Of a DNA stretch of 64,000 nucleotides, positions 9,351-18,802 are shown in pieces. The stretch is taken from assembly GCA_017456905.1 (NCBI GenBank), contig JAFTIL010000027.1, positions 22,352 through 86,351 on the forward strand, in the 5' to 3' direction. The stretch's first letter is position 1. Every line of letters begins with the position of its first letter. The notes under the pieces were generated by a model. The model saw only the letters and a list, made by a program, of their open reading frames with translations, did not search any database and was not told the DNA's origin. The translations under genes were made by a program, and so were the position numbers. Origin of the DNA: Clostridia bacterium. Its GTDB lineage: Bacteria; Bacillota; Clostridia; Oscillospirales; CAG-272.

Positions 9351-10177
9351 GCTTTGGTCGTCTCCTTTTCATTCGTAAACAGGGAAGTATCAATGCTTTG
9401 GTCAAAGTCACTTTCGATGGCTTCTCCGCTGTCCTCACCGAGGACAAAGGAAGTATCGAGACCAAGGAGTGAGCCGGCGCGATCGGCATCCTCTACGATA
9501 CGAAGCCGCCTTACCTTAACAAGCTCCAGAACACCAAGGAAAATCGCGATCATATCGGCGAGAGAAACAGAATCGTCAAGCAACTTATCGAGGGACATTT
9601 CCTCTGTGACCTCAAAGTGCTTGAGAATGCCTACGATCTTAGCTTCAACAGGCACGATGGGAGAGCTGATCATGGGCGAGAAGGTAACCTTCTCGGCTCT
9701 CGGCTTCTCCTCACGGTAGGCAATGATGCGACGCACAGCAGCGCACAGAGAAGTAACAGACTGATCAGCCACGTAGGTCTTGTCAACAGAGATTTCATCT
9801 GTGTCCTTGACCATACGGCCGCTGAACTTAGGGTAAAGAAGGGCCATTTTAGCGGCGGCCTCTTTCGCCTGTTGGTATTTAAGCAAGGCCTCGGCCAGAC
9901 CGGCTCGGGGATCTTCTTGCTCTTCTTCTGTCTTGGGCAGGAGCATTTTACTCTTGATGAGCATAAGCTCGCTGGCCATAACGATAAATTCGGCGGTAAG
10001 ATCCAGATCCATCTCCTGAGCGGCCTCGAGATAAGCCATATACTGATCACAGATCAGCGCGATAGGGATGTTCGTGATCTCCACCTTGTTCTTTTGAATG
10101 AGTGTCAGGAGCAGATCCAAAGGGCCGTCAAAGGGCTCAGCCAGATCAAAATCAATATGGTATTGTAACGTATCCAA
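9347..10177 (-). CDS. scpA: segregation and condensation protein A
   Basis: FDGPLDLLLTLIQKNKVEITNIPIALICDQY signature. I prefer TTG 10177 (GGAGAG 7 nt upstream) over the track start at 10198, which is also a TTG. Confidence 0.85.
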   Translation of the reverse strand: MDTLQYHIDFDLAEPFDGPLDLLLTLIQKNKVEITNIPIALICDQYMAYLEAAQEMDLDLTAEFIVMASELMLIKSKMLLPKTEEEQEDPRAGLAEALLKYQQAKEAAAKMALLYPKFSGRMVKDTDEISVDKTYVADQSVTSLCAAVRRIIAYREEKPRAEKVTFSPMISSPIVPVEAKIVGILKHFEVTEEMSLDKLLDDSVSLADMIAIFLGVLELVKVRRLRIVEDADRAGSLLGLDTSFVLGEDSGEAIESDFDQSIDTSLFTNEKETTKA

Positions 10178-10204
10178 CGGTGGACTCTCCTTTCTCAAAA
10201 TTCA

Positions 10205-11032
10205 TTAAAAAGCCAAAGTCAAAAGCTGCTCAATGTATGTGAGCATGACTTCCAAGACACCGTAGGTCTTGCTAAAGCCAAAGTCAACGGGAAGTCCCGG
10301 GACGGTAAACGCTTCGCCTGCATACATACCCGAGACGAAGAACAGGCCGTTCGTGACCTTATTGAAGATCCATGCCAACGGCGTTTCAAGGAAGCCGAAG
10401 AAGAACAGCACCAACATGACCATCATGATGATCCGCTCGTATTTCATCACGCCCCAATAGAGCTTTTGAGGCAGAACGGCATAAAAAATACGTGAGCCGT
10501 CAAAAGGAGGGACGGGGATCAAATTGAAAATTGCCAAACTGATATTCATCACGATCCCAAGGTACAAAAGATAAACGATCAGGGAATAGATCGTAAAAAT
10601 CAGTGACCCTTTATAGACGGTCTGACCGGTGCTGAGCACAAAGGTCACGGCCTCATCGTAGCAAGCGTCGGTCAAGAACAGCATGACAATTCGAAGAATG
10701 ACAAGATGTATGATAGCCAAAGCTAAGTTCGAAAGAGGTCCTGCGGCTCCCGTCAATGCCATGTCTCGCTTGGGATTTTTGAAATATCTTGCGTTGACAG
10801 GTACCGGCTTAGCCCAACCGACGTGAAAGATCATCATACAGATAAAGCCAAAGGGATCTATGTGCTTGATAGGATTCAAGGTCAAGCGCCCAAGAGAGCG
10901 GGCAGTAGGATCACCCAATCTGTATGCCGTATAGCCGTGTGCCGTCTCGTGGACCGAAAATGCCATGAGAAGCACGGGCAGACTGAGCAGATACAGGGGA
11001 AGATCGCGTAGAAGAGAGGTCAAATAACTCAA
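10205..11032 (-). CDS. site-2 protease family (M50) intramembrane metalloprotease
   Basis: HETAHGY (HExxH) inside a TM helix, multiple TM segments, and a later NLIPVPPFDGSRI motif. I prefer TTG 11032 (GGAGG 7 nt upstream), which removes the overlap with engB. Confidence 0.8.
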   Translation of the reverse strand: MSYLTSLLRDLPLYLLSLPVLLMAFSVHETAHGYTAYRLGDPTARSLGRLTLNPIKHIDPFGFICMMIFHVGWAKPVPVNARYFKNPKRDMALTGAAGPLSNLALAIIHLVILRIVMLFLTDACYDEAVTFVLSTGQTVYKGSLIFTIYSLIVYLLYLGIVMNISLAIFNLIPVPPFDGSRIFYAVLPQKLYWGVMKYERIIMMVMLVLFFFGFLETPLAWIFNKVTNGLFFVSGMYAGEAFTVPGLPVDFGFSKTYGVLEVMLTYIEQLLTLAF

Positions 11033-11069
11033 AGGATAACCTCCTTTCAGGATACGATATGATAACGTG

Positions 11070-11690
11070 TTATTTACGGAAAGACAGCCCCGTAAGGGTT
11101 GCAATACAACCCAGCACCTCGTCTCGCCCCTCGTTTTTTAAGGCAGAAAAAGGGATAATGCGAGTACCTTCGGCCAATACGGGATGCTCCAGGATCGCGG
11201 TAAGATTTTTCTTTCGCTCGGTGACGTTCAGCTTGTCCACCTTGGTGGCAATGACGAAATACGGAATCCCCACCTGATTGAGGAAGTCCACCATGGCCTC
11301 ATCATCGGGCGTGAGACCGATACGGCTGTCCACAAGCTGAGCTACGGCGCAAAGGCGGTCGATGTTAGGATTCTTGGTAAAGAAGCCATCGGTGAGATTT
11401 TGCCATTTGACCTGATCCTCCTTGGGGCGCTTGGCAAAGCCGTAGCCGGGGAGGTCAACGAGAAAAAGCTTTTTGTCTATCTCATAGAAGTTGACGGTAA
11501 TGGTCTTACCGGGGGCAGAGCTGACGCGGGCCAGACTCTTGCGGCCAAGCAGAGAATTGATCAACGAGCTTTTCCCCACGTTGGAGCGCCCAACCAGCGC
11601 GATCTGAGGAATGGCGTCAGAAGGGAACTGACGAATTTCCCCCGCCGTCATGCGGAGATTTACGTTTTGTAAAATTACAGGAGATGCCAT
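11070..11690 (-). CDS. engB: ribosome-biogenesis GTPase YsxC/EngB
   Basis: GRSNVGKSSLINSLLG (G1), DLPGYG (G3), TKVDK (G4). Classic position immediately downstream of lon. ATG 11690 has AAAGGA upstream. Confidence 0.9.
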   Translation of the reverse strand: MASPVILQNVNLRMTAGEIRQFPSDAIPQIALVGRSNVGKSSLINSLLGRKSLARVSSAPGKTITVNFYEIDKKLFLVDLPGYGFAKRPKEDQVKWQNLTDGFFTKNPNIDRLCAVAQLVDSRIGLTPDDEAMVDFLNQVGIPYFVIATKVDKLNVTERKKNLTAILEHPVLAEGTRIIPFSALKNEGRDEVLGCIATLTGLSFRK

Positions 11691-11710
11691 GTTCTGTATC
11701 CTTTCAAAAG

Positions 11711-14056
11711 TCAAGGGGTTCGGACAAGGGCGGTTGCCAGCACGTCAGCGGCACGGCGGCAGGGAACAAAGTTCAAGTTTTCTTTGGCTACAGGATCAAT
11801 CTCGTCAAGATCGCCCATGTTGTCGGCAGGAATGAGCACGGTATTGACCCCCGCGGTATAAGCAGCCATGGTCTTTTCCTTGAGACCGCCGATGGGCAGG
11901 ACATTGCCGCGCAAGGTGATCTCACCCGTCATAGCCACGTCACGGCGCACGGGAATACCGGAGAGAGCGCTGACAAGGGCTGTCATCATGGTGACACCCG
12001 CAGAAGGACCGTCCTTGGGAACGGCACCCTCGGGTACGTGGATATGAATATCCTTCTTCTGGTAGAAGTCGGTAGGAATACCATATTCGTTAGCTATACT
12101 GCGGGTATACGTCAATGCCGCATGGGCAGATTCCTTCATGACGTCACCAAGAGAACCGGTCAACTCCAGCTTGCCGGTACCGTCAAGGACGGCAACCTCG
12201 ATCTTCAGCATATCACCACCCACTTCGGTATAGGCAAGGCCGTTGACCGTTCCCACCTCGTCCTCGGCTGCAATATGATCGGGGCGAGCCTTTCTGGGAC
12301 CGAGATATTCCTTGATACTATCAGCACCAAGAGAGATTTGCTTTTTGGAGGTGTCCTCCAATAGCTTCTTTGCTGCCTTGCGGCAAAGCGATGCAATGGC
12401 GCGTTCCAGATTACGAACACCTGCCTCGCGGGTATAATAGTCGATCAATTCAGTAACAGCATCTTCGGTGATCTTGAGCATACGGCGGTTAAGGCCGTGC
12501 TTCTTGAGCTGCTTGGGGATCAGATGATGCCGGGCGATGCTCATTTTTTCTTCTCTCGTGTAGGACGTGAGTTCAATGATCTCCATACGGTCAATGAGAG
12601 GCTTGGGAATGGTATCCAGCGTATTGGCCGTGGCAATGAAGAAGCAATCCGACAGATCGAAGGGCATCTCGATAAAATGGTCACGGAAGAACTTGTTCTG
12701 CTCGGGATCCAGCACCTCCAGGAATGCGGAAGAGGGATCACCATGGGCATCTCTCGTCAGCTTATCAATCTCGTCGAGGAGGATCAGAGGATTGCGTACG
12801 CCCACCTGGCTAAGGGCCTGAATGATCCGTCCGGGCATAGCGCCGATGTAAGTTTTACGGTGGCCGCGGATATCGGATTCATCCCTGACACCGCCGAGAG
12901 ATACTCGAACGTATTTACGCTTCATGGCACGGGCGATGGAGGCGGCTACAGAAGTTTTACCAACGCCGGGAGGGCCCACGAGACAAATAATCTGGTTTTT
13001 CAGTTCAGGGCTCATCTGCTTGACGGCCATAAATTCAAGGATACGCTCCTTGACCTTTTCAAGTCCGTCGTGATCGGCATCCAGCACCTTCTGGGCGGCA
13101 GTCACATCCACACGGTCGCGAGTGGATTTGGTCCAGGGCAGACCGAGACAGGTGTCAAGATAATTGGAGATGACAGACGCCTCAGCAGAGCCGAAGGGAA
13201 GCTTCATAAGCTTCTCGTTGTCCTTCAGGAGCTTCTTCTTGATCTCCTCAGGCAACCGTGTTTCCATGATACGGTCGAAAAATTCATCCGCCTCGGAGCC
13301 TTCTCCCAATTCCTCCTGAATGACCTTAATCTCTTCACGAAGATAATAATCTCTCTGGTGTTTATTGAGACGGGCTCTGACTCTTCTGTGAATGTCGTTT
13401 TCTGCGCCCAAAATCTCGATCTCATGATTCATGATGAGAATGAGGGTGTCGATCCGCACCATAGGCTCGAAGCATTGAAGGATCGCCTGCTTGTCCTCAT
13501 ACTTGTTGAGGATATTGGCGGCTACAAAGTCAGCAAACAAGCCGGGATTTTTGATGGTAGAGACGTGCGTCATAATATCCTCTGCCACGGCGGGAATATA
13601 ACGCACGATGTGCTGAAGCACCTTATTGGCTTCTCTGATGTAGGCTTCACCTTCAAGGCCTCCGTTGTCATCAGACACAATGGTTTTGGCAACCACGTTA
13701 GCCACGGTATAGCGATCCAGAGGGATAATAGACGTCAGCGTGGCACGGCATTGGCCTTCAGCCACAAGACGGGTATCACCATCGGGGGTGCGGATCAGTT
13801 GCTTGATACGAGCCACAGTACCTACGGGACAGAGCTTTGTAATTTCAGGCTCCCCTGTGTCAGGCTCCGAAATATCGTTGAGAGAAGCAAGGATCACCAA
13901 TTCCCCCGAGGTAGCGGCGGCCTGAGCGGCGGCGGCAGAACGGAAGCTATCCTTAACCACCTCACAATTGACCATCATTCCCGGGAAAGCTACAACGCCG
14001 CGTAACACGATCAACGGCAGGGTTTGCACCTCAGCTTTTTCTATATACTTGGACAT
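11711..14056 (-). CDS. lon: ATP-dependent Lon protease (LonA)
   Basis: N-terminal LON domain, Walker [10 protein letters not shown], and protease motif [20 protein letters not shown] 14056 is preferred over the TTG at 14077. Confidence 0.95.
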   Translation of the reverse strand: MSKYIEKAEVQTLPLIVLRGVVAFPGMMVNCEVVKDSFRSAAAAQAAATSGELVILASLNDISEPDTGEPEITKLCPVGTVARIKQLIRTPDGDTRLVAEGQCRATLTSIIPLDRYTVANVVAKTIVSDDNGGLEGEAYIREANKVLQHIVRYIPAVAEDIMTHVSTIKNPGLFADFVAANILNKYEDKQAILQCFEPMVRIDTLILIMNHEIEILGAENDIHRRVRARLNKHQRDYYLREEIKVIQEELGEGSEADEFFDRIMETRLPEEIKKKLLKDNEKLMKLPFGSAEASVISNYLDTCLGLPWTKSTRDRVDVTAAQKVLDADHDGLEKVKERILEFMAVKQMSPELKNQIICLVGPPGVGKTSVAASIARAMKRKYVRVSLGGVRDESDIRGHRKTYIGAMPGRIIQALSQVGVRNPLILLDEIDKLTRDAHGDPSSAFLEVLDPEQNKFFRDHFIEMPFDLSDCFFIATANTLDTIPKPLIDRMEIIELTSYTREEKMSIARHHLIPKQLKKHGLNRRMLKITEDAVTELIDYYTREAGVRNLERAIASLCRKAAKKLLEDTSKKQISLGADSIKEYLGPRKARPDHIAAEDEVGTVNGLAYTEVGGDMLKIEVAVLDGTGKLELTGSLGDVMKESAHAALTYTRSIANEYGIPTDFYQKKDIHIHVPEGAVPKDGPSAGVTMMTALVSALSGIPVRRDVAMTGEITLRGNVLPIGGLKEKTMAAYTAGVNTVLIPADNMGDLDEIDPVAKENLNFVPCRRAADVLATALVRTP

Positions 14057-14206
14057 AATAAACGAATTTCCTTTCAAAACGGCTTCGTTGGCCGTCAGCG
14101 AGTAATTTTACATGATATAAATATACCTTCCGTTTATTATATCACACTTTCTAAGAAATTTCCATAGTTATTAAAGAATATTTACAATTTAGACGATAAA
14201 TTAACT

Positions 14207-14237
14207 CAAAAAGAGCGGACACGCAAGGCATCCGCTC
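14207..14237 (-). terminator. stem-loop plus T-run downstream of the cotF-like gene
   Basis: Minus strand reads GAGCGGAtgccttgcgtgTCCGCTC followed by TTTTTG. Confidence 0.5.
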
Positions 14238-14256
14238 ATATCTTACCATAGAGGTC

Positions 14257-14715
14257 TCAGGAATACATAGCGTTGGTCTTCATATACTGGTAGATTTTTT
14301 CGCCGTGCTCCTGCTCATCCGTCTGAATTTTATTCAACACCTGGCGAAGCTCCGGGCGCGTGAATTCAAACACACAGGTGTTATACAGGGCGGACACGTG
14401 TTTTTCAGTAGCAAGAAGATCCGAGCAAAGATAGGCATCGTCCTTCTTTTCTTGGGTGTCGGACATATTGTAGGTTGCTGTAAACTGTCCGTTTACGTTA
14501 TTGCCTTGCCCCGAAGCAGGCAAACGTCCGCTTTCGATATCCGTAAGCATCTGATAATGTGCGTTTTCTACCCCCGAAAGCTCGGTGAACAACTGCTTGA
14601 GCTGAGGATCGTGAGCGCAGGCCGCGTGTTTTTGATACTTATCGGCACACAGCTTTTCCTGCTCCTTGAGATCCTTTAACAGGGTAGTTTCTTTCTGTGT
14701 TAGGTTGAATTGCAT
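14257..14715 (-). CDS. spore coat protein F (CotF/Coat_F) family
   Basis: Trimmed to ATG 14715 (GGAGGAAC upstream). MQFNLTQKETTLLKDLKEQEKLCADKYQKHA...LATEKHVSALYNTCVFEFT...EQEHGEKIYQYM is the duplicated ferritin-like Coat_F pattern. Confidence 0.7.
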   Translation of the reverse strand: MQFNLTQKETTLLKDLKEQEKLCADKYQKHAACAHDPQLKQLFTELSGVENAHYQMLTDIESGRLPASGQGNNVNGQFTATYNMSDTQEKKDDAYLCSDLLATEKHVSALYNTCVFEFTRPELRQVLNKIQTDEQEHGEKIYQYMKTNAMYS

Positions 14716-14880
14716 GATACGTTCCTCCGTTTTTTTGGGCGAAAATATGTCTTCGCTTCTTGATTGGATTATGGACAGGGCAAAAGCGGTATATACAAGG
14801 TCGGGTAATTTTTTCATTTCTGTCATGAACAACACACACCTTTCATAAATTATAGTGAAATTTATAAGGGGGAACACATC

Positions 14881-16284
14881 ATGAAAATTCGAATCCTCGG
14901 TCCGCGGCATCAGCGGTGCCTATTCAGCATTTTACTTGTATCTGCGTTGGTTCTGTCGTTATTTATTCTGTCAGCCTTAACGATATCGGCGACAGAGACA
15001 CAAGCTGAAGACCACGAAGCAGTACCATACGGAAGCACGTCGGGTACGGTGACAAGGCCTACGTATGCACCCATTTCCTACGGCCTTCGTGTGTTGGCCG
15101 CCCAAGACGAAATCGTTTTCACGGGGATCTGTGGGAACGAGATCACTCTGACAGCAAAAGATATCTGCCGAGCTATGAATCTATCCGAACTGAATTACAT
15201 TACCATCACAGGCCTTCCGGATACTGACGATGGAACCCTTTATGCAGGTTCTATGGGAGCATCCAAGGGGCAGGTCATTTCCGCAGGCAGTATCTCCAAT
15301 CTTTCCTTTGCCGCTACTGATGACAGCCGTCCCTGTGAAGCCACGGTGACTATGTCCGTTAACGGGAGTGGTTATGACGTGACCTGCCGTTTTAAGCTGA
15401 TCAGCACCATGAACTATACACCCACCGTCAGTCTCGCCCCCGAGATCTCGCTTTCTGTTGAAACCTTCGCCAATCTCAAAACCTCGGGTACGCTTTCGGC
15501 TTATGATCCCGAAGGGGATGAAGTTACCTATGAGATCGTCAGATACGCCTCTCACGGTCGGATAGTGCTCACCAATCGCCATACAGGTGCCTATACCTAT
15601 ACCCCCGATGAAGGCTATACGGGTACGGATGCGTTTTCCTACGTAGTCCGCGATCAATACGGCAACTACAGCACCTCAGCCGTTGTCAACATTATGGTAT
15701 CAGAAAAGCCCACTTCCGTGACATACGCCGATATCGACGGTGAGATCGCAGCCGCCTCTATCCTGCGTATCAGCTCTCTCGGGCTGATGAACGGGACCCG
15801 TGTAGGCGCGAATACTTATTTCAAGCCCGCGGAGGCCATGAGTCGCGTTGAATTTCTGGTCACTGCTATGCACGCCGCAGGTATCGGTGAAAAAGATATT
15901 GCGGGTTTATCCGCGCCTTCCTTTGCCGATGCCTCTGCCATCCCCGATACCATGGCTGGATACGTATCTCTTGCGGTTCGAAGGGGATACGTCACAGGGA
16001 AGGAGATCGACGGTAAACTTTGCTTCTGTCCTGATGAGACCATCACCAAAGCAGAGGCAGCCGTGATCCTCAGCAACATCATCGGTTATGCAAAGCAAAC
16101 CACCGTTACCGCCTTTGCAGACACCGACGATATGCCCGCCTGGTCAGCCAAAGCCCTCACATCACTCAAATCTTTAGGTATTCATATGCCCGAGGATGGC
16201 AACGCAGACGCCCGTTCTCTCATGACTCGTGCCGATACAGCTCTTTGGTTGGATCGTACGATTCGAATCGCTGCTGAAAACTGA
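14881..16284 (+). CDS. secreted cell-wall protein: cadherin/Ig-like domain plus three C-terminal SLH repeats
   Basis: Signal peptide. DPEGDEVTYEIV...GAYTYTPDEGYTGTDAFSYVVRDQYGN is cadherin-like. Three SLH-like repeats begin YADIDGE.., FADASAIPD.., FADTDDMPAW... Confidence 0.75.
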   Translation: MKIRILGPRHQRCLFSILLVSALVLSLFILSALTISATETQAEDHEAVPYGSTSGTVTRPTYAPISYGLRVLAAQDEIVFTGICGNEITLTAKDICRAMNLSELNYITITGLPDTDDGTLYAGSMGASKGQVISAGSISNLSFAATDDSRPCEATVTMSVNGSGYDVTCRFKLISTMNYTPTVSLAPEISLSVETFANLKTSGTLSAYDPEGDEVTYEIVRYASHGRIVLTNRHTGAYTYTPDEGYTGTDAFSYVVRDQYGNYSTSAVVNIMVSEKPTSVTYADIDGEIAAASILRISSLGLMNGTRVGANTYFKPAEAMSRVEFLVTAMHAAGIGEKDIAGLSAPSFADASAIPDTMAGYVSLAVRRGYVTGKEIDGKLCFCPDETITKAEAAVILSNIIGYAKQTTVTAFADTDDMPAWSAKALTSLKSLGIHMPEDGNADARSLMTRADTALWLDRTIRIAAEN

Positions 16285-16297
16285 ATGACTAAAAACG

Positions 16298-16338
16298 TGG
16301 GGTTGACTCTTTTCGAGCCAACCCCAATTTTATTTTTT
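16298..16338 (+). terminator. rho-independent terminator after the SLH gene
   Basis: TGGGGTTG...CAACCCCA stem followed by ATTTTATTTTTT. Confidence 0.7.
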
Positions 16339-16392
16339 GAAAGTAATGGATATCTCGGCTATTTCAGTTCTATGTAAATTTTATGTAAAGTC

Positions 16393-16422
16393 AAGAAAAG
16401 GGTATGGCTTGAACCATACCCT
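16393..16422 (-). terminator. rho-independent terminator after the P-type ATPase
   Basis: AGGGTATGG-cttgaa-CCATACCCT followed by TTTTC on the minus strand. Confidence 0.65.
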
Positions 16423-16430
16423 TGAGACGG

Positions 16431-18332
16431 TTATTTGAATTTCCGATCATAAAGAAGTGCCGCTATAAGAACGACAAAAACTGATCCCGCATTATGCACC
16501 AACGCCCCCGTTGTAGGCGTCAACAGTTCAAAGAAGGACAGAATAATAGCGGCGAGATTGATGAGAAGCGATAGGGAAATACTCAAACGTATTGTGTTGA
16601 CAGTTGCTTTAGACAAGCGTTTGAGATAGGGAAGCTTGGAAATATCATCGCCCATCAACGCAATATCAGCGGCCTCAACGGCAATGTCACTACCCATGGT
16701 TCCCATAGCTACACCCACATCGGCTGTTTTGAGGGCAGGAGCGTCGTTAACGCCGTCACCGATCATGCAGACGACCTTGCCATTTTGTTGCATAGCTTCA
16801 ATGCTGCTCACCTTTTCTTCCGGCAGAAGCTCAGCCCTCACTTTGGAGATACCGATTTTATCCGCAAAATAATCAGCCGCCCTCTGGCTGTCACCCGTCA
16901 GCAAGACGGAGCTTACACCATTTTTCTCTAAGCTTCTGACCATATTACCTGCCGTGGGACGCAGCGTATCAGACAGCGCGATGACCCCTACAATACGGTC
17001 ATCCTCTGCGCAGATCACCACCGCTTTTCCTTGCTGTCTCAAATGAGCCAAGGCTTCGCTGATCGGTGCGCTGACAGATATACCGTGCCCCTTTAAATAA
17101 TGCTCATGACCGCAATACATGCACCTGCCATTGACTTTTGCGGACACACCTTTGCCCGCTTCCATGCGGAAATCATCAGTCTCGGTCAAGGGTAATTGCT
17201 GCGCCTTGGCATATGTTACGATCGCCTTGCCCAAAGGATGCTCGCTCTTACTTTCGGCTGATGCCGCAAGCATGAGCAAAGTATCTTCAGAGAGAGCGGG
17301 ATCAAACGGTATCACATCAGAAACGTCCAATTTACCATAGGTCAGCGTTCCTGTTTTATCAAAAGCGACCGTATCTACTTTGCCCATCTTCTCTAAGGCC
17401 TCGCCTGATTTGATAATAACGCCGTGCTTTGTCGCCTGTCCAATGGCCGCCATGATAGCTGTAGGGGTAGCCAAAACCAAAGCGCAAGGGCAGAATACCA
17501 CCAGCATGGTCACGCCAACGATTAGAAAATCAGGATCTCCCATGAAATATTTGGCGACACCTGAGATAATGGCCAAAAGTAAAGCCACAGGAACGAGCCA
17601 GGAGGCCCATTGATCGGCAATACGTTGCATCGGTGCCTTCTTATCCTCAGCCTCCTGTACCATGCGGATGAGACGCTGGAGAGATGAGTCCTCTCCTACC
17701 TTGGCGGCTTTGATATCTATCGAACCGAAACGATTCACGGTACCGCTGAATACACTATCTCCAACACTCTTATCTATCGGGAGAGATTCTCCTGTCATAA
17801 CCGATTGATCTACCGAGGTTTCACCGCTGACGATCATACCATCCACAGGGATGGTCTCGCCCGGCAGAATTCGGAGCACGTCACCTACCCGGATAGTCTC
17901 AGCAGGAACCAGGACTTCTTTTCCGTCCGTAATTCTGCGTCCTTGCACGGGGGTAAGGCTGATGAGCTTTTTCAGGCCCTTTCGTGCGCGGGCAGTGGTC
18001 TTGTCTTCCAAAATCTCACCAATGGCCATGATAAAGGCAATTTCACCCGAGGCAAAAATGTCTCCTACGGCCACCGAGGCGATCATAGCCGCCGTGATGA
18101 GCAGGGCGGAAGAAATTTTACTGATGCCCTTGTTTTTGATCAGGCGCTTGACCGCCAAGACCGCAAGGGGAATGCCCGAAACAAAGACAGCGATCCAGGC
18201 GGGATCGAGATAAACAGGGACCACCACCTTGAAGATAGACAGAAGCAAGCTTGCTACTAAGGAAACACCGCCAATGATGGTGGCTGGCACACTTTCCAAT
18301 TTTTCCACGAATTCATGGAGCAATTCTTTCAT
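16431..18332 (-). CDS. heavy-metal-translocating P1B-type ATPase (Zn/Cd/Co-like) without an N-terminal HMA domain
   Basis: CPC in TM6 (VFCPCALVLATP), DKTGTLT, TGDS, GDGVNDAPAL, and HNAGSVFVV in the last TM. ATG 18332 has GGAGGA upstream. The protein starts almost directly with TM segments. Confidence 0.85.
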   Translation of the reverse strand: MKELLHEFVEKLESVPATIIGGVSLVASLLLSIFKVVVPVYLDPAWIAVFVSGIPLAVLAVKRLIKNKGISKISSALLITAAMIASVAVGDIFASGEIAFIMAIGEILEDKTTARARKGLKKLISLTPVQGRRITDGKEVLVPAETIRVGDVLRILPGETIPVDGMIVSGETSVDQSVMTGESLPIDKSVGDSVFSGTVNRFGSIDIKAAKVGEDSSLQRLIRMVQEAEDKKAPMQRIADQWASWLVPVALLLAIISGVAKYFMGDPDFLIVGVTMLVVFCPCALVLATPTAIMAAIGQATKHGVIIKSGEALEKMGKVDTVAFDKTGTLTYGKLDVSDVIPFDPALSEDTLLMLAASAESKSEHPLGKAIVTYAKAQQLPLTETDDFRMEAGKGVSAKVNGRCMYCGHEHYLKGHGISVSAPISEALAHLRQQGKAVVICAEDDRIVGVIALSDTLRPTAGNMVRSLEKNGVSSVLLTGDSQRAADYFADKIGISKVRAELLPEEKVSSIEAMQQNGKVVCMIGDGVNDAPALKTADVGVAMGTMGSDIAVEAADIALMGDDISKLPYLKRLSKATVNTIRLSISLSLLINLAAIILSFFELLTPTTGALVHNAGSVFVVLIAALLYDRKFK

Positions 18333-18346
18333 AGATCCTCCTTGTA

Positions 18347-18375
18347 TTGACAATGCAGGAAATTTGATGTATAAT
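18347..18375 (+). promoter_or_regulatory. consensus sigma-A-type promoter facing the TetR gene
   Basis: TTGACA (18347-52), 17-nt spacer, TATAAT (18370-75). It lies only 15 nt from the ATPase start codon on the other strand. Confidence 0.5.
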
Positions 18376-18386
18376 ATATTCGTTAC

Positions 18387-18401
18387 CGAACACATTGTTT
18401 G
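18387..18401. promoter_or_regulatory. candidate operator, copy 1 (CGAACA-N3-TGTTTG)
   Basis: Imperfect 15-bp palindrome inside a longer shared motif, TACCGAACA..TTGTTTGA. It sits where the two predicted transcription start regions overlap. Confidence 0.4.
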
Positions 18402-18406
18402 ATTAT

Positions 18407-18435
18407 ATTATAGTAAAAAATCGGATAAAAAACAA
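18407..18435 (-). promoter_or_regulatory. sigma-A-type promoter for the P-type ATPase
   Basis: Minus strand reads TTGTTT (18435-30), 17-nt spacer, TATAAT (18412-07). Confidence 0.45.
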
Positions 18436-18463
18436 GAAGCAAAATGAGAGATATGTAAGATAC

Positions 18464-18478
18464 CGAACATTTTGTTTG
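18464..18478. promoter_or_regulatory. candidate operator, copy 2 (CGAACA-N3-TGTTTG)
   Basis: Same palindrome 77 bp from copy 1, just upstream of the -35 of the ATPase promoter. Confidence 0.4.
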
Positions 18479-18487
18479 AATTGTATG

Positions 18488-18553
18488 GTAAATTGTTGTT
18501 TGGCGGCAGTGCCGCCAGCCAATGCCGGGGGTGTTCACCCCATGCAAACAACA
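18488..18553. repeat. structured repeat element, long copy (outer stem TTGTTGTTTG/CAAACAACA enclosing two GC hairpins)
   Basis: GTAAATTGTTGTTTGGCGGCagtGCCGCC...GGGGTGttCACCCC...CAAACAACA. Its first 14 nt are identical to the copy at 19342. Confidence 0.5.
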
Positions 18554-18713
18554 TCCCGCGATAGGAAGTTTGGATATCGCTGTGGGGTAGGGGCCCCACA
18601 TGGGCGTTAAACGGGGCACTCGCTATGATGCGAATTTCCCTCGACGGGTCAAGAGATTTCCCCCCTCTTTCCGCCGTTTGATTTCTTGGCAAATATTTTT
18701 TTGTTAGAGGTTT

Positions 18714-18773
18714 TTGAAAGGGTTTTAGGGAAAACTTTTTTCAAAAAGTTTTCCCTAACCGTACCCCTTCAAA
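18714..18773. repeat. REP-like palindromic element (copy A)
   Basis: AGGGAAAACTTTTT-tc-AAAAAGTTTTCCCT is a 14-bp stem. Its tail GTTTTCCCTAACCGTACCCCTTCAAA resembles the copy at 24001-24047 and a partial copy at 18643-18663. Confidence 0.55.
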
Positions 18774-18802
18774 CAACAATTTACACCTCAGAAAGGAGAC
18801 CT

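Noticed and set aside
12497-14005. 502-aa ORF antisense to lon. Similar long antisense ORFs lie at 19580-21070, 21693-22892, 55030-56136 and 57988-59751.
   Set aside because: Each lies fully inside a confidently identified gene on the other strand (lon, the GH-like gene, cobW, prfB, groEL). None has an RBS, and their composition is low-complexity and Gly/Val/Leu/His-rich. They arise from codon bias that suppresses stop codons in the antisense frame.
18395-18610. 71-aa Cys-rich ORF (…CLNCMVNCCLAAVPP…) that could pass for a RiPP precursor.
   Set aside because: It has a TTG start without an RBS, it spans promoter and repeat elements, and no modification or transport genes are adjacent. The Cys codons come from GC hairpin arms.
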